From assembly GCA_965221955.1 (NCBI GenBank), contig CBDCTA010000020.1, positions 1 to 17,391 of the forward strand: DNA of 17,391 nt, in the 5' to 3' direction. Origin of the DNA: Gammaproteobacteria bacterium. Lineage in GTDB: Bacteria; Pseudomonadota; Gammaproteobacteria; UBA4575. Positions 1-8,273 of the stretch are shown here, piece after piece (the first letter of the stretch is position 1; every line of letters begins with the position of its first letter). The translations under genes and the position numbers were made by a program. The notes below the pieces were generated by a model. The model did no database searches, had not been told where the DNA came from, and worked only from the letters and a program-made list of their open reading frames with translations.

Positions 1-2
1 TT

Positions 3-557
3 CTTTTCACAAATTTAAATTTAGAAAACTCTTCAATAAATTATTTAATCGAAGACGATGTGCCTTCAATTCATACAAGAGTAATACATGGATCAGGTTT
101 TAATTTCGACCTACATTGCTTACATCCAAAGCCACCTGCACCACAAGAAAGTCTACAAACTACTGAAAGAGACGCAGAATTATTGGTAGTTGGAAAGCAT
201 GTTAAAAAACAAAAGGGAGCAACTATTGTAGCAGGAGATTTGAACGACGTTGCTTGGTCATACACCACAACTTTATTTCAAAAGATAAGTGGATTGCTTG
301 ACCCTAGAATTGGACGAGGGATGTTTAGTTCGTTTCATGTTAAAACTCCTTTCTTCCGTTTTCCCTTAGATCATGTATTTGCATCTGAGGAATTTAAAGT
401 TAAGTCTCTAAAACGCTTGCCTTCCTTTGGGTCAGATCATTTTCCAATTTATATTGAGTTTGAAATAGATCACAAGAACGCTAACGACCATGATGTCCCT
501 GTTGCTACAAAGTCAGACAAGAAAGAGGCTGAAGATAAGATAAATGAAGCTTCTTGA
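3..557 (+). CDS. Endonuclease/exonuclease/phosphatase (EEP, YafD-like) family protein, 5'-truncated by the window edge
   Basis: The frame is open from position 3 (LFTNLNLENSSINYLIEDDVPSIH...), so the GTG at 60 is internal. EEP motifs GDLND, LDHVF and GSDHFP are present. Confidence 0.88.
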   Translation, partial: LFTNLNLENSSINYLIEDDVPSIHTRVIHGSGFNFDLHCLHPKPPAPQESLQTTERDAELLVVGKHVKKQKGATIVAGDLNDVAWSYTTTLFQKISGLLDPRIGRGMFSSFHVKTPFFRFPLDHVFASEEFKVKSLKRLPSFGSDHFPIYIEFEIDHKNANDHDVPVATKSDKKEAEDKINEAS

Positions 558-571
558 TTTGATTTTTATAT

Positions 572-601
572 AATGTCTGCTTATGACCCAAAGCGGACAC
601 G
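572..601 (+). repeat. 30-bp imperfect palindrome, copy P1 (AATGTCTGCTTATGACCCAAAGCGGACACG)
   Basis: Stem TGTCTGCTT/AAGCGGACA. Aligns without gaps to the copies at 1796 and 9612. Confidence 0.85.
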
Positions 602-760
602 AGACGGTATTGAGTTTTAATAAATTACATTTATTTTTTATCAAAAATATTTTTTATTGCTTGCCAGGTTTTCCCAGAATGACTAGTCATTTTTTCGAGT
701 GCATCATTAAAATCTAAGAAAAAACCTAATTAAGTAGTAGAAAAAAACGAATAATCTACT

Positions 761-788
761 CTTGAACTTCTCTTGATCGACCCTATCT
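761..788 (+). promoter_or_regulatory. Sigma32 (RpoH)-type heat-shock promoter
   Basis: CTTGAA (761-766), 14-nt spacer, CCCTATCT (781-788), against the consensus CTTGAA-N13-17-CCCCATNT. Lies upstream of a unit containing Hsp20. Confidence 0.75.
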
Positions 789-869
789 ATACAATACGCG
801 GGCAATTACCGCTTTCTATTTTGTGTTGTTTAACTTGAAAACTTACTCGATGTGAGATGGGAGGTTAGT

Positions 870-1241
870 ATGAACCTTAAAGACAATCTTAATTCTATTT
901 TCTCAAAGCTACGAGGCCTATTTGGGGTATCAGCCATCATGGTGGGTCTACTGCTGGGTGCACTGAGTGTACACGCAGGCACACTCGTAACCGAGCAATA
1001 CTCACAAACTCGGAATCTGTCAGTGTTGGATGCCATTAACTTGGATCGCGACCCTAAAGTGGATTACAACCCAGGTTATCTCAGTACCTGGCTTGATAGC
1101 CTACGAGAATCCAACAAAAACTGTCAGTCCTATATGAACACTTGGGACTGGTTCACAAGCTGTGAGCCCTCTGCAAGCCAGGCTGATGTACATAAAGAAC
1201 AAACTTCATTCAATAATTTGAATAGAGATCAAAATAGCTAG
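870..1241 (+). CDS. Hypothetical exported or membrane-anchored protein (123 aa)
   Basis: GGAGG RBS at 860-864 precedes ATG 870. Hydrophobic N-terminal stretch ends in VHA-G (signal-peptide-like). Two Cys lie 13 residues apart. Confidence 0.65.
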   Translation: MNLKDNLNSIFSKLRGLFGVSAIMVGLLLGALSVHAGTLVTEQYSQTRNLSVLDAINLDRDPKVDYNPGYLSTWLDSLRESNKNCQSYMNTWDWFTSCEPSASQADVHKEQTSFNNLNRDQNS

Positions 1242-1293
1242 GAGAGATGTATCTCAATACTTGTTTAATCAATTTAACTAAAGGAGGTCACCC

Positions 1294-1740
1294 ATGATGA
1301 TCCAACGTTATGACATTAACCCTGTATTAAATCGTTTACAAACCCAAATGAACGATCTACTTGAAGGGGCATTACACGAAGATCGTGATACCAGTGCTGC
1401 AACGGCAGAGTGGACACCCCTAGTTGATATTTTAGAATATGATGATCGTTTTGAATTCTATGCCGATATGCCGGGCATTGCGGCTAATGCGATTGAGATT
1501 GGTCTAGAAAATAACGTACTGACCGTCTCCGGCGAGCGCACAAAATTACTTACGGATGATGAAAAACGTCGATCTAAACTGGAACGTCCGGTTGGACGAT
1601 TTCATCGTCAGTTTGTGCTCCCCAATGTAGCCGATTCTGATGACATTACTGCAAGCAGTCACGATGGTGTGCTTCAAGTAATCATCAAGAAAAAAGAGCA
1701 AGCAAAAGCTCGTAAAATTGAAGTGCTACCTAAGCACTAA
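1294..1740 (+). CDS. Hsp20/alpha-crystallin small heat shock protein
   Basis: Motifs WTPLVDILE, ADMPG, LTVSGER, ERPVGRFHRQFVLP, DGVLQV and the C-terminal IEV. AAGGAGG RBS upstream. Confidence 0.96.
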   Translation: MMIQRYDINPVLNRLQTQMNDLLEGALHEDRDTSAATAEWTPLVDILEYDDRFEFYADMPGIAANAIEIGLENNVLTVSGERTKLLTDDEKRRSKLERPVGRFHRQFVLPNVADSDDITASSHDGVLQVIIKKKEQAKARKIEVLPKH

Positions 1741-1760
1741 AATTCCAACTCCTCCCTCCA

Positions 1761-1796
1761 AAGGTCGGCCTATTTAATAATGGGTCGACCTTTTTT
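1761..1796 (+). terminator. Rho-independent terminator of the hsp20 unit
   Basis: AAGGTCGGCCTA/TGGGTCGACCTT hairpin followed by a T run, 20 nt after the stop codon. Confidence 0.85.
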
Positions 1797-1825
1797 ATGA
1801 CCGCTTTCGGCCAATTGCGGACATA
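1796..1825 (+). repeat. 30-bp imperfect palindrome, copy P2 (TATGACCGCTTTCGGCCAATTGCGGACATA)
   Basis: Arms TATG(A)CCGC/GCGG(A)CATA. Same register and orientation as P1 and P3. Confidence 0.8.
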
Positions 1826-1939
1826 TAGTTATTCATTTATCACCGTACGGATTTAATACGTATTTATTGATTACCATCAATTCAGGTTTTAAATTAATAG
1901 GAGTTACAGATACTATTTATAGATATTTTAGAAATATAA

Positions 1940-2155
1940 TGGCAATTTACATTGATTTTGAGTCAATTGTATGAGTTGTCAAAAAACTAGGTAATCATGT
2001 AACTTCTGGTTCTTGGAAAGTTTTATATACCTGGGAAATAGAATCTGCATTACATAAGTATGGTATTGAAATTCCTTTGACGTAAAATAGATTTGCATTT
2101 GCGGACTGTATCGAATGAATCAGTTACTAAATTCAAGCCTGCGACTTCAAATTAA
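1940..2155 (+). pseudogene. mscS: Remnant of the C-terminus of an MscS-family mechanosensitive channel
   Basis: Manual translation gives IDFESIV*V...YTWEIESALHKYGIEIPLT*, then a +1 shift gives IDLHLRT...SN*. This matches the MscS C-terminal pattern (LDFELxVW ... GIEIPFPQRDLHLR). Stops at 1972 and 2083. Confidence 0.72.
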
Positions 2156-2198
2156 GATTAATTAAATAAAATAGAGCCTAAATAATTAAACAAATATT

Positions 2199-3839
2199 AT
2201 GAGGTACGTTTTTTTCGTTGCTGTTCTAATTATTACGCTCATTGTGTTGTACCTGGGATTCAACAATAACACTTACTTTTGGGGGTTGGTCGTTACTTTA
2301 CCAGTTGTCCTACTAGGGTTTTGGGATTTGGCTCAATCGAAACATAATTTGTTACGCAACTACCCAATTGTTGGGCATTTTCGCTGGATATTTGAACATA
2401 TACGACCTCAGATTCACCAATACTTTATAGAAAGTAATACAGATGGTCGACCTTTCAATCGTGATGACCGGACAGTTGTTTATGCGCGTTCTAAAAGTGA
2501 GGGCGGAATCAAACCGTTCGGTACGGAATCAGATGTATACGATGATGATTATCGATGGATTAATCATTCCATTGCGCCAAAGATGTATAACAAAGAGTTA
2601 TACCGGGTCAGGATTGGTAATCATCAGTGTTCTGAACCCTATGAATCATCTGTATTTAATATTTCAGCAATGAGTTTTGGATCGATTGGGGCTCGAGCAT
2701 TACTGGCTTTGAATAAAGGTGCAAAAGGTGGTGATTTTGCTCACAACACTGGCGAAGGTGGAATTAGTAAGTACCATCTACAATATGGTGGTGACTTAAT
2801 TTGGGAAATTGGCACGGGTTACTTTGGTTGTCGATCTGATGATGGCTCTTTTAATGAAGATCTATTTTCTGAACAAGCAAGCCATGATCAAGTGAAGATG
2901 GTGGAGCTTAAGCTTTCTCAAGGTGCAAAGCCAGGTAAAGGTGGAATGCTCCCAAAAGAAAAGATTACAAAAGAAGTTGCAGATACTCGAAAAATATCCT
3001 ACGAAGAAGATTGCATATCTCCACCTTATCATTCTGCATTTTCTACTCCTATTGAGCTTCTTGAATTTATTCAAAAATTACGAGAATTATCCGGTGGAAA
3101 GCCAACGGGATTCAAATTATGTATTGGTGAGCGATTTGAGTTTTTAGCAATATGTAAAGCAATGCTCAAAACTGGAATTTATCCAGATTTCATCGTTGTG
3201 GATGGAGCAGAAGGTGGCACAGGTGCAGCTCCATTGGAATTTTCCGATCATGTTGGCACACCATTACGTGAAGGTTTGTTATTTATTCAAAACGCGCTAG
3301 TTGGCATTAATGCACGTGAAAAAATCAAAATTGGCGCTAGTGGACAAATTATCACAGGTTTTGGTATGGCTTTTAACATGGCATTAGGTGCTGATTGGTG
3401 TAATTCAGCTCGTGGATTCATGTTTGCGCTTGGCTGTGTACAGTCACAAAAATGTCATACTGATCGATGTCCCACCGGGATTGCTACACAAAATCCAGGG
3501 CGCCAACGTGCAATTATTGTGGGCGATAAAGCGATGCGAGTTGTCAACTTCCATCACCATACCGTACGAGCGTTAGGAGAAATGGTTGCAGCTGCAGGAC
3601 TAGATCATCCTACAGAATTATGTCCTAGAAATATTTGTTATCGGTTAAGTCCAACTACAGTACGAACTGCAGATCGTATATTCGAGTTTTTACAACCAGG
3701 CGAACTATTAGAAGGAACAGACAAAACCGGATACCGAGAATTTTGGAAAATGGCGACAGCAGATAACTTCAATCCCGCTCAAAGCTGGAAAGAAACACAA
3801 ATAAAATTTAATCCGATGATTCAGAGCACAATTGCTTGA
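2199..3839 (+). CDS. FMN-binding glutamate synthase family protein (stand-alone GltB FMN domain, YerD-like) with an N-terminal membrane anchor
   Basis: Motifs ISAMSFGS, HNTGEGG, ELKLSQGAKPGKGG, VDGAEGGTGAAP and the [3Fe-4S] motif CVQSQKCHTDRCPTG. Two N-terminal hydrophobic helices. Confidence 0.95.
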   Translation: MRYVFFVAVLIITLIVLYLGFNNNTYFWGLVVTLPVVLLGFWDLAQSKHNLLRNYPIVGHFRWIFEHIRPQIHQYFIESNTDGRPFNRDDRTVVYARSKSEGGIKPFGTESDVYDDDYRWINHSIAPKMYNKELYRVRIGNHQCSEPYESSVFNISAMSFGSIGARALLALNKGAKGGDFAHNTGEGGISKYHLQYGGDLIWEIGTGYFGCRSDDGSFNEDLFSEQASHDQVKMVELKLSQGAKPGKGGMLPKEKITKEVADTRKISYEEDCISPPYHSAFSTPIELLEFIQKLRELSGGKPTGFKLCIGERFEFLAICKAMLKTGIYPDFIVVDGAEGGTGAAPLEFSDHVGTPLREGLLFIQNALVGINAREKIKIGASGQIITGFGMAFNMALGADWCNSARGFMFALGCVQSQKCHTDRCPTGIATQNPGRQRAIIVGDKAMRVVNFHHHTVRALGEMVAAAGLDHPTELCPRNICYRLSPTTVRTADRIFEFLQPGELLEGTDKTGYREFWKMATADNFNPAQSWKETQIKFNPMIQSTIA

Positions 3840-3886
3840 TGGCAACACAATCAAACAAATTGATCACAATTGGTTGGCGTAAATAG
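3839..3886 (+). pseudogene. N-terminal stub of a RimK-associated retropepsin-like 'ATP-dependent Zn protease' (RimB-like)
   Basis: The ATG overlaps the upstream stop (TGATG). Translates as MATQSNKLITIGWRK*, resembling the family's N-terminal IGWREW motif. Confidence 0.55.
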
Positions 3887-4249
3887 GAATTTTAAATGTG
3901 ATGAAGTAAATTAATAAGCTCCCATCGCTCTTAAAGAACAAATCCAAAAAAAGATCCCACAGATCGCACAATCGAGCAATTGGATGCGTGCTCCTATAAG
4001 CGGAATTTTTAGAACTAGAACTTGTTAAGGAAAAGAAATTAAAAAAGATCATATTATTGGCTATATCGATGATGTTTGTCTCTATCATAAACAAGAAGAA
4101 ATCATTGCCCCCGATGATGGGAATGTTATTGGAAAGTCACACATACCCCTTGTTCATGAAGGTGGTCCCTTATTTCATATTGCTTATTTTAAAAATGTTG
4201 AAAAGTAGTTGAGAGTTTGGATAACTTTGAACTTGTAGAAACTGCATAA
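3886..4249 (+). pseudogene. C-terminal remnant of a succinylglutamate desuccinylase/aspartoacylase (AstE/AspA, M14) family protein
   Basis: GILNVMK*INKLP..., then a frameshift in the A7 run (3946-3952), then IAQSSNWMRAPISGIFR..*G..IKK..IIGYIDD...IIAPDDGNVIGKSHIPLVHEGGPLFHIAYF. Stops at 3907, 4026 and 4206. Confidence 0.82.
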
Positions 4250-4299
4250 AACTTCAACGCACAACTTCTCATCTGAATTTAGGCAGAAAGTTAATATAG

Positions 4300-5682
4300 G
4301 TGAATAAAATGTCAGATAAGACTGAAAAACTTGATGAAGCTTTATTAGCACCTTGGGAGCAACTTCATCAATTACTTGATTCCCACAACCTCACTGCTAC
4401 TAAAGATTTTCTTAATTCCCTCGAAGCAGACGAAGTATTACGTGTATTTAACCGATTAGGTTCTACAGATCAACAGCAGTTGTTGTCTTACTTAGATCCC
4501 AATGAGGCAGCTGAAATCATACTTGATGTACCAGATGAACAAGCGGCTGACCTTGTGGAACATCTTTCAACCAGAAATGCAGCTTCTATTTTAGAGGAAA
4601 TGGAAAGCCATGAACAAGCCGATATCGTTAGTGATTTAGATGAAGAAGATGCTGAAGCGATTCTCGCTGAGATGGATCCTGCAGAAGCAGCAGATGTACG
4701 CACGCTTGCAACGTATCCTGATGATGAAGCTGGCGGGCTTATGGTTACAGAATATGTCTCATTTAAAGAATACTCTCAAGTAAATGAGGTGATAAATTTT
4801 TTACAACAAACAAAAGATAATCCGCTTGAATTTGATGCAAACTTTTATGTCACTTCTGATAAAAATAAATTAGTAGGTGTACTAAGCTTGCGAGAAATGT
4901 TAATTGTTCCTAAAGATACAAACTTACAAAATATCTCAAAAAAAGCACTATCTGTTCAGTTATCTTCAAGCTTAGATGAATTAGAAAGCTTTTTTGAAGA
5001 GCACGATTTTTTTGGTGTACCAGTAATTGATGAAGCCAATAGGCTGGTCGGTGTGGTACGAAGACAAGACTTGTTACGCGCTATCGCCGATCGTGCTGAT
5101 CAAGCACAACTTAAATCACAAGGTATTGTGTCAGGTGAAGAAACCCGAAGCATGCCAACTTTTACACGCTCACGAAGACGTCTTTCTTGGTTAAGTATTA
5201 ATATTGTTTTGAATGTCATTTCTGCGAGTGTCATTGCCTTATTTACCGATACGTTAAGTGCTGTGATCGCACTTGCGGTTTTTTTACCAATTGTTTCAGA
5301 TATGAGTGGTTGCTCTGGCAATCAAGCCGTTGCCGTGAGCATGCGGGAACTGTCTTTGGGCTTGGTCAAGCCAATCGATGTGATACATGTGTGGTTAAAA
5401 GAAATTAAAGTTGGTTTACTCAATGGGGGAGCGCTTGGAATTCTAATTGGTACGGTCGCATACTTATGGCAGCAAAATATCTTTCTAAGCTTTGTGATTG
5501 GATTTGCTCTTGCACTCAATACACTTGTGGCGGTATCAATAGGCGGCACAGTACCTCTTTTATTACGAAAATTTGACGTCGATCCGGCTGTAGCATCGGG
5601 TCCCGTGCTGACTACAATTACTGATTTATGCGGTTTCTTTTTTGTGCTCAGTATTGCAACCTTAATGTTGCCTTTATTGTAA
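4300..5682 (+). CDS. mgtE: Magnesium transporter MgtE
   Basis: Acidic N-domain, YPDDEAGGLM, a CBS pair, RRRLSWL, FLPIVSDMSGCSGNQ and DPAVASGPVLTTITD. The start may be ATG 4309. Confidence 0.96.
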   Translation: MNKMSDKTEKLDEALLAPWEQLHQLLDSHNLTATKDFLNSLEADEVLRVFNRLGSTDQQQLLSYLDPNEAAEIILDVPDEQAADLVEHLSTRNAASILEEMESHEQADIVSDLDEEDAEAILAEMDPAEAADVRTLATYPDDEAGGLMVTEYVSFKEYSQVNEVINFLQQTKDNPLEFDANFYVTSDKNKLVGVLSLREMLIVPKDTNLQNISKKALSVQLSSSLDELESFFEEHDFFGVPVIDEANRLVGVVRRQDLLRAIADRADQAQLKSQGIVSGEETRSMPTFTRSRRRLSWLSINIVLNVISASVIALFTDTLSAVIALAVFLPIVSDMSGCSGNQAVAVSMRELSLGLVKPIDVIHVWLKEIKVGLLNGGALGILIGTVAYLWQQNIFLSFVIGFALALNTLVAVSIGGTVPLLLRKFDVDPAVASGPVLTTITDLCGFFFVLSIATLMLPLL

Positions 5683-5712
5683 TTATGCAATCTGCTAAAT
5701 AATCATCACGAT

Positions 5713-6144
5713 ATGAAGAAAAAACCTAATTTAATGGCGGCAATGACACCATTCCCGTATTCAGTCACGCTCAACACACTATTGCGTGATGCAAGAACGC
5801 TTATGAAGGAACATGATGTAAATCATTTACCGATCATCGATCAGAATAAAATAGTAGGTATTATTGCAAGACGAGATATTCGAGCAAGAAAAGAAATTCG
5901 CATGCAAACAGAAGATAAAAGTAAGCTTCAAGTAAAGGATGCCTATATTGCAGAACCTTATATAGTCGATGTGAATGAGCCAATTGAAAATGTTTTATTA
6001 ACCATGGCGGAAAAACGCCATAACGCTGCCTTGGTGATCAAACATGGAAAGCTCGTTGGAATATTTACCTATATCGATGTATGTCGGTATCTTGGAAACT
6101 ATCTTAAAGATAAATTTTCAACGGTAGATGATAATGCAGCATAA
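5713..6144 (+). CDS. CBS-domain (tandem pair) protein
   Basis: Motifs MTPFPYSV, HLPIID...IVGII and ALVIKHGKLVGIFTYIDV. Confidence 0.9.
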   Translation: MKKKPNLMAAMTPFPYSVTLNTLLRDARTLMKEHDVNHLPIIDQNKIVGIIARRDIRARKEIRMQTEDKSKLQVKDAYIAEPYIVDVNEPIENVLLTMAEKRHNAALVIKHGKLVGIFTYIDVCRYLGNYLKDKFSTVDDNAA

Positions 6145-6174
6145 CAATGTCACTAGGAATTCACTTTATCTCCT

Positions 6175-6978
6175 TTGAAAACCATTGATAAACATACTGT
6201 CGTTGCTTTCCACTCAAGTGCAATGCAAGAAGCACAGTTATTCGGTGTTGAATCGGGTCAATGTGGTGTATTCAGTTATGCGTCTACAAATCATGCCGAA
6301 GATAATCAAGACAGCGCTGCCATTATCAATGTAGATCAAAATGAATCAATCTTTGTTTTATCCGATGGTGCAGGGGGGCATCCTGGCGGTGATGTAGCCT
6401 CTAAAATTGTGATTGATGAGTTAAGAAAAGAATTGTTGGACCACGCCAATCATGATCAACTCATAAGGGCTTCCGTTCTAAATGCCATTGAAGCGGCAAA
6501 TAAACGTATTATGGATAACAGTTCAGGTGCAGGTGCGACGGTTTGTGTGGTAACCATCGAGAAAAACATCATTCGACCTTATCATATTGGGGATTCTGTA
6601 ATTGCTGTCGTTGGGCAACGAGGCAAACTCATTTATCGCAATACCGAACACTCGCCCCTTGGCTATGCTATGCGTTCTGAATTAGTCAGTGAAGAGCATT
6701 TAGATACAGAAGTTTCTCATGAGGTGTTTAATTTGATAGGAAATAAGCAAATGCACATCGAGATTGGTCCTGAAATAAAATTAAAAAAGAGTGATACAGT
6801 GTTGATCTGTAGCGATGGCATTACCGATATCATTCCACTTGATGAATGCTTACATCATGTGAGGGCAGGGCCACTCAAGAAAGTGACCCAGAAGTTTGTG
6901 GAGAAGTACTTTAATTTAGTGAAAGATTTGGAGCATAAAGATGATGCTACATTTATCATTTTTAGAAAAAGCCAATAA
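6175..6978 (+). CDS. PP2C/PPM-family protein Ser/Thr phosphatase
   Basis: Motifs NQDS, LSDGAGGHPGG, GAT, HIGDS, LICSDGI and DDAT. TTG start. Confidence 0.93.
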   Translation: MKTIDKHTVVAFHSSAMQEAQLFGVESGQCGVFSYASTNHAEDNQDSAAIINVDQNESIFVLSDGAGGHPGGDVASKIVIDELRKELLDHANHDQLIRASVLNAIEAANKRIMDNSSGAGATVCVVTIEKNIIRPYHIGDSVIAVVGQRGKLIYRNTEHSPLGYAMRSELVSEEHLDTEVSHEVFNLIGNKQMHIEIGPEIKLKKSDTVLICSDGITDIIPLDECLHHVRAGPLKKVTQKFVEKYFNLVKDLEHKDDATFIIFRKSQ

Positions 6979-7078
6979 ATTTTATATAATTCCAGATCGA
7001 TTGAATACAAAATGAAATTTGTGCTCGGCAAATTCGTAGTTAGCATAATTTAATGATAAATGTTTAAAAAGAAAATTG

Positions 7079-7424
7079 AATTCCCTGATTTTTCCCTGTT
7101 ATCAGATTAAGAAATTAATATTAAAACCATATAAGTATTTAGAACTTAAAAAGAATTCAGCGAAAGAGTGAAATAATTGAGTCTAAATTAAGAAAATTCC
7201 CTGTAAATTGGCTGTTTAACAGGGAATTTTGAGCAGAGTAGGGTTTGCCTGAGACTCCAACCACCGCCAATCAGTCTTGTCTTTTGCAAGAGACGCTAGA
7301 TGTGGTGCAGAAAAGGTCTATTTCTGCAGGGGTTTGCAGAAAGAAAATCATGCAAGGGGCACCGTTAATTTCGTTTTTGCTCCTATTACTGGTAAAAGTC
7401 TCTTTTGTGAATTTCGCGGTGCCC
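7079..7424 (+). other. Structured non-coding element: TTCCCTG repeats, perfect 12-bp inverted repeat, tRNA-3'-end-like segment and further hairpins
   Basis: TTCCCTG at 7081, 7092 and 7197, and inverted at 7220. AAAATTCCCTGT-N14-ACAGGGAATTTT at 7193-7230. GGTTTG...CCACCGCCA ends at 7269. Inverted repeats at 7306-7328 and at 7357-7364/7417-7424. Confidence 0.5.
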
Positions 7425-7481
7425 TTTATTATTAGTGCCAGATAATGTTCGCTTATATCAATAGCTGCTTTAAAGAACTTT

Positions 7482-8159
7482 TTAGTTTGTAAGATCTTGC
7501 TTTTCCTCAATAGGCAAACCTTCTAATTTCCACTCTGGAAACCCATCTTCTAGTCGACGAGCTTTATAGCCATTAGTACGGAGTTGTTGGACAGCTTCAA
7601 ATGATAAAATACAGTGCGGCCCGCGACAGTATGCAACAATTTCTTTTTTCTGTGGTAATTTTTTCAACTCTTTTTTTAGTTCAGCTAATGGAATGTTAAT
7701 AGCATAGGGAAGATGGCCCAATTCAAATTCATGCTCAGGACGCACATCAATTACAGTAACCGTTCCTTTTTTAGCACGTTTTAACAGCTCTTCTCGTGAA
7801 ATAGGCTCTAAATCATCTTTTGATGATAAGTAATTTGCGACCAATACTTGAATTTCAGCTAAATTCTCTTCAGCAATTTTTCGCATAAGCATTAATAACT
7901 CCACTACTGAATAATCACTTAAACGATAATAAGATTTTTGTCCCTCTGCTCTGGACCTGACGAGGCCTGATCGACGTAAGCCCTGTAAGTGTTGAGAGGT
8001 ATTCGCAACAGTGAGCCCTGATACTTTCGCTAACTCATCTACTGAATGCTCGCCTTGAGCCAGAAACTCCAATAACTCCAATCGGTTGCCGTTGCTGAGT
8101 GATTTTCCCACCAGAGCAAATTGAGTAAAAAGCTCTTTTTTGAATGTATTTGACGACAT
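7482..8159 (-). CDS. ArsR/SmtB-family regulator fused to a C-terminal rhodanese domain
   Basis: HTH region LSNGNRLELLEFLAQGEHSVDELA...SQHLQGLRRSGLV. Rhodanese motifs VIDVRP, GHLPYAINIP, active-site loop YCRGPHC and LEDGFPEW. Confidence 0.94.
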   Translation of the reverse strand: MSSNTFKKELFTQFALVGKSLSNGNRLELLEFLAQGEHSVDELAKVSGLTVANTSQHLQGLRRSGLVRSRAEGQKSYYRLSDYSVVELLMLMRKIAEENLAEIQVLVANYLSSKDDLEPISREELLKRAKKGTVTVIDVRPEHEFELGHLPYAINIPLAELKKELKKLPQKKEIVAYCRGPHCILSFEAVQQLRTNGYKARRLEDGFPEWKLEGLPIEEKQDLTN

Positions 8160-8168
8160 AAAATATAA

Positions 8169-8190
8169 TATTCAATTGATCTATTGAATA
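8169..8190. promoter_or_regulatory. Putative ArsR-type operator
   Basis: Perfect inverted repeat TATTCAAT-N6-ATTGAATA about 10 bp upstream of the regulator start, in the divergent intergenic region. Confidence 0.65.
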
Positions 8191-8273
8191 ATTTATAGTA
8201 ATTTTAACATAGATACAAATATTTAAACATTTACATGATTAAAGTGAATGAATTTTTATGAGAAATATTAACA

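Noticed and set aside
1242-1296. ROSE RNA thermometer before hsp20
   Set aside because: No U(U/C)GCU motif pairing with the Shine-Dalgarno sequence was found.
3864-4094. 76-aa minus-strand ORF
   Set aside because: Antisense shadow of the AstE-like pseudogene on the plus strand.
7231-7269. Functional tRNA gene
   Set aside because: Only a 3'-end-like CCGCCA and a degenerate T-arm are present. No acceptor-stem partner, D-arm or anticodon arm could be folded.
7245-7510. ORFs 7245-7445 (+) and 7271-7510 (-)
   Set aside because: No clear RBS or recognisable motif. They overlap a hairpin-rich non-coding element.
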